Shown piece by piece: positions 58,123 through 64,000 of a DNA stretch of 64,000 nucleotides. The notes under the pieces are model-generated. The model searched no databases. It saw only the letters and a program-made list of their open reading frames with translations, and was not told the DNA's origin. The DNA lies in assembly GCA_035627595.1 (NCBI GenBank), contig DASPLK010000002.1:160481-224480 (forward strand), given 5' to 3'. This DNA comes from Minisyncoccota bacterium. Its GTDB lineage: Bacteria > Patescibacteriota > Minisyncoccia > Phycocordibacterales > Phycocordibacteraceae. The first letter of the stretch is position 1, and each line of letters begins with the position of its first letter. The position numbers were made by a program, and so were the translations under genes.

Positions 58123-58608
58123 TTAGGGACAAAGTGCCACCCCTGTCGTATAGAGCACGGTATAGCCTGTATCAGAAAATGGGTGCGTAAATGGTTTAGA
58201 CTGCCCTGAACTATCAACGCACCAGCCGGTTTCTCCTGTTCCTGGCGCCTTTAAAGGCATAGCAAACGCCCAACTCGGTCCAGAAGTTCTGATGGCGCAG
58301 TACACACGGCCCGTACCAAGCTTCTGATACGCGCTAAGCACAAATCTTCCGACACTATCGCTACTGAAAATATTTGTCGTCTGGCTGCTGCAGGCAAGGT
58401 GATCATTGTTGGCGAACTGATTGCCATAGCTATTATTGGAGTCGTAGTAGAGCTCTGCGATCGTGCGCATATTAGCGAGCTCTGATTTGATAGCCGCGTC
58501 AGTTCCTTTGGCGCGAGCACTATTAAGAGAGACTAGTACCACCGCAGAGAGGATGCCTATGATCGCGATGACGACAAGTAATTCGATGAGCGTGAATCCT
58601 CGTTTCAT
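58123..58608 (-). CDS. Type IV pilin (prepilin-type N-terminal cleavage/methylation domain).
   Basis: [28 protein letters not shown]…, a class III signal peptide with Gly at -1 and Glu at +5. Confidence 0.82.
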   Translation of the reverse strand: MKRGFTLIELLVVIAIIGILSAVVLVSLNSARAKGTDAAIKSELANMRTIAELYYDSNNSYGNQFANNDHLACSSQTTNIFSSDSVGRFVLSAYQKLGTGRVYCAIRTSGPSWAFAMPLKAPGTGETGWCVDSSGQSKPFTHPFSDTGYTVLYTTGVALCP

Positions 58609-58642
58609 CCATTCACCCTATCACACGGATCAACCTCCTAAT

Positions 58643-59086
58643 TCACACGTGATGATACTTTCCTCCGGTTCGTATGGACCACGCACGGTACAACTGCTCA
58701 ATTAGGATGAGCCTGACAAGCATGTGAGGAAATACAAGTGATGAAAGTTTCAACGTTCTGTCTGCGCGAGCAATAACCGCGTCTGATACGCCGAACGCCC
58801 CACCTATGACGAAGACAAGCCGCTTCGTGCTTACGTTCAAATTGCCTTCTAGCAGTTCTGCCAAGCCGGGACTGTTTATCTCCTTTCCACGCTCGTCCAG
58901 AAGAACAACGACATCGTCTGTCTTGATGAGCTTTAGAATTGCTACACTCTCACCATCCTTGTCACTTATCGATGGGAACGCCCACTCGACAGGCAGCGCG
59001 CTTCTGAGTCGTGTCTCATACTCTGCAATCGCATCACGAAGTTCTGGGCTGTGCGCTTTGCCGGGGGATATGATGAGTATCTTCAT
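58643..59086 (-). CDS. rlmH: 23S rRNA (pseudouridine1915-N3)-methyltransferase RlmH (SPOUT). The start is taken at the internal MKILIIS.
   Basis: MKILIISPGKA…VVVLLDERGKEINS…FVIGGAFGV…LSSLVFPHMLVRLILIEQLYRAWSI…. Confidence 0.85.
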   Translation of the reverse strand: MKILIISPGKAHSPELRDAIAEYETRLRSALPVEWAFPSISDKDGESVAILKLIKTDDVVVLLDERGKEINSPGLAELLEGNLNVSTKRLVFVIGGAFGVSDAVIARADRTLKLSSLVFPHMLVRLILIEQLYRAWSIRTGGKYHHV

Positions 59087-59121
59087 GTAGGACGAAAGCC
59101 CCTTGCAGGGGCTTTGCTCGG

Positions 59122-59194
59122 TGGACCGTACAGGATTCGAACCTGCGACCCCCTCTTTGCAAAAGAGGTGCTCTACCAACTGAGCTAACGGCCC
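59122..59194 (-). tRNA. tRNA-Ala (anticodon TGC) with a G3:U70 pair; CCA is not encoded.
   Basis: Manual fold of the minus strand: GGGCCGT-TA-GCTCAGTTGGTAGAGC-A-CCTCT ttTGCaa AGAGG-GGGTC-GCAGG TTCGAAT CCTGT-ACGGTCC-A. Confidence 0.85.
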
Positions 59195-59216
59195 GACAAG
59201 AAGAATCCTAACCTCC

Positions 59217-59846
59217 CTAGCTTCCGAGCGCAAGAGCTGGGCGCTGGCCAACAATCTGTAGCCAGACTGTATTTCCCGACTGCTTTCTGGTGTTTGAAAT
59301 GATCGTGAGACCAGACTGCTCAAAATGTGCGGCAAGCTCTTCGGAAGTGTAGTAGCTGAAGAATCGTTCGTACGTGTAGCCGTAATCATCTTCGCGCTTT
59401 ATCTCTTCGTCTTTATTGCCTGGCCGAAGCTCTTTCACCGCTATATATGTGTACCCGCCAGGCTTGGTGACGCTCGCTATCTGGCGCACCACGTCCCCCG
59501 CTTCTTTCTTTGGTATGTGGAGAAGCGATGCTTGTGCAAAGGTACCGTCGTAACTCGCACTCAAAGAGGAGAGGTCGGTCATGGATAGCTCCCTAAAGTC
59601 ACCCTCAGGAAGCTCCCGCTTCGCTATAGCGAGCAGGCCGTCTGAGATGTCTATGCCTGTCACCTGGAAACCTCGACCTGCCATGTACTTACTCTTAGTG
59701 CCGCTTCCACAGCCAACATCAAGTACCGTTCCTCCCGTAGGCAGCAAATTCAAGAACCGCTCAGTCTCTTCAGTCCACCAATCATCATTTGTGTGGTCCT
59801 TGTGCCAATCTTCGGCAATGCGATTGTATGTCTCTCGTATATCCAT
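59217..59846 (-). CDS. Class I SAM-dependent methyltransferase.
   Basis: …GTVLDVGCGSGTKSKYMAGRGFQVTGIDIS… (motif I) and motif II. Confidence 0.75.
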   Translation of the reverse strand: MDIRETYNRIAEDWHKDHTNDDWWTEETERFLNLLPTGGTVLDVGCGSGTKSKYMAGRGFQVTGIDISDGLLAIAKRELPEGDFRELSMTDLSSLSASYDGTFAQASLLHIPKKEAGDVVRQIASVTKPGGYTYIAVKELRPGNKDEEIKREDDYGYTYERFFSYYTSEELAAHFEQSGLTIISNTRKQSGNTVWLQIVGQRPALALGS

Positions 59847-59848
59847 AA

Positions 59849-60820
59849 TTATCTTTTGTCCCCGAGCGTAAGGTCGATGAGATGTTCGAGAAAGTCAGGG
59901 AATTTAACTCCAACCGCCGCAAGAGACTTTGGCAGAAGTGATTCTTCAGTTAGACCCGGTAGCGTATTGGTTTCAAGGTAGTAAATACCCTTTGGAGAGA
60001 CAATGAAATCGGTACGTGAGTAGTGGCGAAGCCCGAGTGCCTCGTGTATGGCGCGCGCTTGTCGCATCAACTCTTGCGAAATATCTTTTGAAAAACGTCC
60101 TGGGCATATTTCTTTTGTCGCTCCCGAATACTTCGCATCATACGAAAAGAAATCCTTCTCAGGTGGCAGAATCTCAATGGGTGGCAATGCATACAATTCC
60201 TCGCCTCGTAACCCTTGTACGATGCCTGCGGTAGCCTCAGTGCCCTTTATGAGCTCTTCGATGAGTACGCCGCCAGAGCCCTCGTTAAGAAGCTCCTGGG
60301 TAACTTTTAGTAGAGGTGCATAGCCCGCCACTATCGATACACCAACGGACGATCCCCATTTAACCGGCTTTACGACGACTGGCTGCTGGAAGGTGCGCAC
60401 GACCTCTGCAAGCTGCCCTTCTACATCTGAACCATCTTCGACTAGATGATACTTGGGTGTCAGAAGTCCGAGCTCCTTCGCACGCTCTTTGGCGAGCACT
60501 TTATGCATCGCAAGATATGAGCCAAGCGAGTCTGAACCCGTATATGGGACCTTCAAAGTCTCAAGTATCTTTTGGACCTCACCATCCTCGCCAAACTCGC
60601 CGTGGAGTCCGATAACGACTGCGTCGACCGTACGGAGCGCGCGCGACGGATCGGTGGGCCTGCCGCGTTCATGCCACACGCCCTGTTTGTCTATGTAAAT
60701 GTCGCGAACGGTATAGCGGTCACGCGGCAGATTGGTTGCGATAGCATGTCCTGTTTTAAGAGACACCTCATGCTCCTTGGAGGGACCGCCACGCAGAACG
60801 CCGATAACCGTACCATGCAT
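59849..60820 (-). CDS. ddl: D-alanine--D-alanine ligase.
   Basis: …VLRGGPSKEHEVSL… and an ATP-grasp core; 323 aa. Confidence 0.9.
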   Translation of the reverse strand: MHGTVIGVLRGGPSKEHEVSLKTGHAIATNLPRDRYTVRDIYIDKQGVWHERGRPTDPSRALRTVDAVVIGLHGEFGEDGEVQKILETLKVPYTGSDSLGSYLAMHKVLAKERAKELGLLTPKYHLVEDGSDVEGQLAEVVRTFQQPVVVKPVKWGSSVGVSIVAGYAPLLKVTQELLNEGSGGVLIEELIKGTEATAGIVQGLRGEELYALPPIEILPPEKDFFSYDAKYSGATKEICPGRFSKDISQELMRQARAIHEALGLRHYSRTDFIVSPKGIYYLETNTLPGLTEESLLPKSLAAVGVKFPDFLEHLIDLTLGDKR

Positions 60821-60967
60821 GCAAAGAGTATAGCAGGGTAAAAGTAATGGGCCGCGCTAGACGACCCCGGATGCCAGGATGTGGCTCCGTGATCGCTAGC
60901 GCGGCCCATGCTGCTGTGCGTAATTTTTTGCGGGGGCTGAGTCGAACTCTAACCCCGAAACGCGGTG

Positions 60968-61085
60968 CAGACTTGGTGATAGTCCCGTAAGCGCAAGGAA
61001 GCGTTCGCCTTAATGGCTGCTTCCCAGCGCGGGACTACTTCGAACAAAATGGAAAGTACGCATTTTCCCTCCCTTGGGTTTCGCA
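60968..61085 (-). ncRNA. ffs: Candidate signal recognition particle RNA (4.5S/ffs-like core). The ends are uncertain and it could be a longer Bacillus-type form.
   Basis: The minus strand reads …CAUUUUGUUCGAAGUAGUCCC-GCGCU-GGGAAGCAGCCAUUAAGGCGAACGC…. Compare E. coli 4.5S …UGUUUACCAGGUCAGGUCC-GGAA-GGAAGCAGCCAAGGCAGAUGACGC…. An 11-nt identity GGAAGCAGCCA sits in the domain IV context, in a 366-nt gene-free region. Confidence 0.4.
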
Positions 61086-61187
61086 CGGCACTCTCAGTGC
61101 CGGGCTGTACGGTGCGGCTCGACCTTGATCAGGCGAGACGGACAGCACACGCACCTCACGACAGTACCACCCCCTGCGGATTTGTCA

Positions 61188-62432
61188 CTAGGTTTTCCTC
61201 AACCCCTTCTGACGGGCCTTTCGGTGGTTCGAAAGCGCAAAACGATGCGCCTCAGCGTTTGCAAGCACCGCGTCCGATTCTGGAATGCCTGCTCGCAAAG
61301 CACCGATAACCTCACGCGGGCGATGCTTCTCATCTTTTACAACGGCAACAACCGGAATCATGACGCCAACTTCTTTCAGCACCTGTTCAGCGGCCTTCTT
61401 ATGCGTCTTGCCACCATCAATAACGAATGCGCGCGGCATCTGCCACTCTGGATGACCCAGGCGTCTTGAAAGTATTTCCTTGAGCGACTTAATATCGTCG
61501 TTCTTCGAGGTGCGCACCTTAAATATCCGATAGTCACTTTTAACTGGCGTGCCGTCTTCTACGACGGTCATCACGCCTATCGTGTTGGTGCCTGAGATAT
61601 GTGCTGTGTCGTATGCCTCAAGACGCGGACCTGGGGCACGATCGCCCATACGTTCTTCGCGAATAAGTGATACGTCCTGCACATGATCAAGCGCAAACAG
61701 CTGCCTGCGTATCACCGCTGCTTCCTCAAACCGTTCTTCTTTTGCGGCCTGCTTCATTTCTCTTGTGAGAGTCTCGCGGAGCGTCTTCACACGTCCTGAG
61801 AGGAATAGAGAGACATTCCGGACCGAGCGGAGATAGTCCTTGCGCTCCATATCGCGAGGGTACTGCCCTATCTGCTTATTAAACTCGATGCGTGCACGTT
61901 GATGCTTCCCGGTATAGCCAATGGGCTTTGGCGTGTCATAGAACGGGAAGATGCGGCGGATAAGGCGCAGTGCCTCTCGGAGTTGCGGACCCGATGGAAA
62001 AGGGCCATGTATAGCCGTGTAGCGCACGCTCCCGATGCGAGCCTCCTGGAACTCAATGTCTTTGCCGCGAGCGATGAGCACGCGCGGAATCTCTTCATCC
62101 GTTATGTATGCGTAGAGGAAGGTCTTATCGTCCTTACCCTCGACGTTACCGATAGGCATGTATTGCCGAATGAGCGCAGCCTCGCGCACAAGCGCCTCAA
62201 GCACGGTTGACGCAGTCTCATGCGCAACCGCGTCAGCGCGTGTGATAACGTCCACCACACGCGGGCCCCGTGTTGCGATCAGATCATCATCAAAATATGA
62301 GCGAACACGATCTCTAAGAGAGGTCGCCTTTCCAACATACAGAATCTTTTTACTCTTTCCCTTTCCCTTGGTGAAGAGATACACGCCAGGACAGTCGGGA
62401 AGATCGAATCTGGCGAGATCTGCGCGTTCCAT
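61188..62432 (-). CDS. uvrC: Excinuclease ABC subunit C, short form with GIY-YIG and RNase-H-like domains but no C-terminal (HhH)2.
   Basis: …PGVYLFTKGKGKSKKILYVGKATSLRDRVRSYF…; C-terminal …AYDTAHISGTNTIGVMTV…FVIDGGKTHKKAA…. Confidence 0.85.
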   Translation of the reverse strand: MERADLARFDLPDCPGVYLFTKGKGKSKKILYVGKATSLRDRVRSYFDDDLIATRGPRVVDVITRADAVAHETASTVLEALVREAALIRQYMPIGNVEGKDDKTFLYAYITDEEIPRVLIARGKDIEFQEARIGSVRYTAIHGPFPSGPQLREALRLIRRIFPFYDTPKPIGYTGKHQRARIEFNKQIGQYPRDMERKDYLRSVRNVSLFLSGRVKTLRETLTREMKQAAKEERFEEAAVIRRQLFALDHVQDVSLIREERMGDRAPGPRLEAYDTAHISGTNTIGVMTVVEDGTPVKSDYRIFKVRTSKNDDIKSLKEILSRRLGHPEWQMPRAFVIDGGKTHKKAAEQVLKEVGVMIPVVAVVKDEKHRPREVIGALRAGIPESDAVLANAEAHRFALSNHRKARQKGLRKT

Positions 62433-62434
62433 AC

Positions 62435-64000
62435 CTATTTTTTCTTGCCCTTCTTGAGCATTTTCTTGAGATACGCCCCTGTATGCGAGCCTTCCACGTC
62501 CGCCACTTCCTCGGGAGAACCTTTGGCGATAACTTTACCGCCCCCAATGCCTCCTTCAGGACCAAAGTCGATGAGGTAGTCAGCGCTCTTGATGACATCG
62601 AGGTTGTGCTCGATGACGACCACAGTGTTGCCGCGCCTGACCAGCTCCTGAAGGATATCGATGAGCTTCTTAACATCCTCATAGTGGAGGCCCACTGTCG
62701 GCTCATCAAGCAGGTAAATGGTCTTCATGGTGATGGGGCGATACAGCTCCGAAGCTATCTTCACGCGCTGTGCCTCACCTCCGGAAAGCGTGGTCGCAGA
62801 CTGTCCAAGCGTTAGATACTCGAGACCAGTAGAATTGAGGCTCTTCAAGCGATCAGAGATAGCCGGTATGTCTTTGAAAAACTCTTCCGCTTCTTCAATG
62901 GTCATGTGAAGAACATCGTAGATGCTCTTGCCACGATAGGTAATCTCCAAAGTCTCTTTCATGTACCGCGTCCCATTACATACGTCACAGGTTACGTATA
63001 CGGTCGGCAAGAAGTGCATTTCGACCGCGATCATTCCGTTACCCTGACATGTCTCGCAGCGGCCTCCGGGCACATTGAATGAGAACCGCCCCGGCTTCCA
63101 GCCCCGCGCACGAGACTCTGCAGTCGAAGCAAAGAGATCCCGGATGTGCGTAAAAGCACCTGTATAGGTTGCAGGGTTGGAGCGTGGCGTGCGGCCGATC
63201 GGCGACTGATCGATGAGGACAGCCCGACCGATGTATTCAGTACCCGTAATGCTTGCGGCGTGCTCAATCTTCGCCTCACGCTTGGCAAGACGTGCTGCGA
63301 TGTTCTTATGCAAAATGTCGTAGAGGAATGTCGACTTACCGGAACCTGAGACACCAGTGATGCAGACAAGCTTCCCGAGCGGCACATCAATATTCTGGTT
63401 CTTTATGTTGTGTAACGTCGCGCCCTTTATCTTTACCGATCCCTTTTCTGCGGTCCTACGCTCCTCTGGTACTTCTATCCTTGTTTCGTCACGTAGGTAT
63501 GAAAGCGTCACTGATCCTGAATCGTTCTTGGGTGCAGTCAAAAGTTCGTCAAGCCAACCCGCAGCCACAACACTTCCCCCGTGTACGCCCGCACCCGGAC
63601 CGATATCAACGAGATAGTCGGCCGCGTAGATCGTATCCTCATCGTGCTCGACGACTAGAATCGTATTTCCGAGCTCCTTTAGAGAGAGCATGGTCTGTAT
63701 GAGGCGATCATTGTCACGCTGATGGAGGCCGATGGTCGGCTCATCAAGCACATAAAGCGCTCCCACGAGCCCGGTACCCAGCTGCGATGCAAGACGGATA
63801 CGCTGAGCCTCGCCTCCCGACAACGTCGCTGCGGAGCGGTTCAGGGTGAGGTAGTCGAGGCCAACATTCAGCATAAAGTCGAGACGGCTCACAATCTCGC
63901 GGATGATGGGTGCTGCGATCTCCATCTTAAGTTCCGAGAGCTGGAGTGAGTCCATGAACTCCTTTGCGTCCTTGATAGAGAAGTTCGTAAAATCTACCGC
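62435..64000 (-). CDS. uvrA: Excinuclease ABC subunit A, C-terminal roughly 520 aa. The 5' part lies beyond the window end.
   Basis: …LSGGEAQRIRLASQLG…VLDEPTIGLH…, a Zn-finger CETCQGNG…CDVCNG, and a second LSGGEAQR…LDEPTVGLH. Confidence 0.9.
   Translation of the reverse strand, partial: AVDFTNFSIKDAKEFMDSLQLSELKMEIAAPIIREIVSRLDFMLNVGLDYLTLNRSAATLSGGEAQRIRLASQLGTGLVGALYVLDEPTIGLHQRDNDRLIQTMLSLKELGNTILVVEHDEDTIYAADYLVDIGPGAGVHGGSVVAAGWLDELLTAPKNDSGSVTLSYLRDETRIEVPEERRTAEKGSVKIKGATLHNIKNQNIDVPLGKLVCITGVSGSGKSTFLYDILHKNIAARLAKREAKIEHAASITGTEYIGRAVLIDQSPIGRTPRSNPATYTGAFTHIRDLFASTAESRARGWKPGRFSFNVPGGRCETCQGNGMIAVEMHFLPTVYVTCDVCNGTRYMKETLEITYRGKSIYDVLHMTIEEAEEFFKDIPAISDRLKSLNSTGLEYLTLGQSATTLSGGEAQRVKIASELYRPITMKTIYLLDEPTVGLHYEDVKKLIDILQELVRRGNTVVVIEHNLDVIKSADYLIDFGPEGGIGGGKVIAKGSPEEVADVEGSHTGAYLKKMLKKGKKK

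Noticed and set aside
58643-59389. 248-aa minus-strand ORF.
   Set aside because: Only its C-terminal 147 aa (from MKILIIS) is RlmH. The N-terminal part reads through tRNA-Ala (59122..59194), so the long ORF is spurious.
60929-60965. tmRNA or RNase P RNA in the ddl-uvrC gap.
   Set aside because: I looked for the tmRNA tag-ORF and 3' tRNA-like end (T-arm plus CCA) and for the RNase P P4 strands (GGAAAGUCCGGGCUCC / ACAGAACCCGGCUUA). I found neither. The region matches SRP RNA domain IV instead. Covariance-model searches could overturn this.

Overview
This 64 kb window is a gene-dense bacterial chromosomal segment, roughly 55-58% GC by eye, with short intergenic spacers and many genes overlapping by a few nucleotides. 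Its content and style fit a small-genome, monoderm-like lineage: sortase and LPXTG substrate, a type IV pilin, truncated AlaS and UvrC, a short F1Fo delta and epsilon, and many small membrane proteins. That is consistent with Patescibacteria/CPR, but it is an inference only.

Gene order from the left edge:
- The tail of the ribosomal alpha operon on the minus strand: rpoA (partial), rpsD, rpsK, rpsM, rpmJ, infA.
- Three unusual envelope or actin-like genes, then alaS and an M13 peptidase (pepO).
- A long run of co-directional minus-strand genes: ung, an MGMT-like domain, a Cas4-like Fe-S nuclease, an ATP-cone/Mrr-type nuclease, mnmA, mltG, a 463-aa conserved hypothetical, a sigma-region-4/HARE-HTH protein, holB-like and mreB.
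- Plus-strand murA, a PriA-like protein, def and fmt.
- hpf, yggU, a glutaredoxin-like gene and tRNA-Asn.
- A sortase cassette (sortase, Gly-rich LPXTG protein, repeat surface protein).
- A signalling and stress cluster: hybrid histidine kinase, REC, ClpP-like protein, KGG stress protein.
- A nucleotidyltransferase (DUF4037-like) and NPP phosphodiesterase pair, and a convergent SET-domain gene.
- Cell-wall enzymes: M15 VanY-like peptidase, GH18 hydrolase, 3D-domain protein.
- leuS carrying an inserted NUDIX domain, then ychF.
- The complete F1Fo ATP synthase operon (atpBEFHAGDC).
- A DUF1003 protein with 42-nt tandem repeats and a second mltG.
- tRNA-Pro, tRNA-Val, tRNA-Pro and tRNA-Ala, plus a NUDIX hydrolase.
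- A CAP-domain protein, a beta-helix protein with a peptidoglycan-binding domain, a type IV pilin, rlmH, a SAM methyltransferase and ddl.
- A roughly 370-nt structured intergenic region containing a probable SRP RNA, then uvrC and partial uvrA.

No CRISPR array, IS element, integrase or rRNA was seen.

The most interesting candidates are:
- the NUDIX domain inserted inside LeuS;
- the tandem Cas4-like and ATP-cone-Mrr nucleases beside ung and the MGMT-like gene;
- the nucleotidyltransferase and phosphodiesterase pair;
- a helicase-dead PriA;
- the sigma-region-4/HARE-HTH protein;
- the SRP-RNA-like element.

All protein assignments rest on motif recognition by eye; no searches were run.
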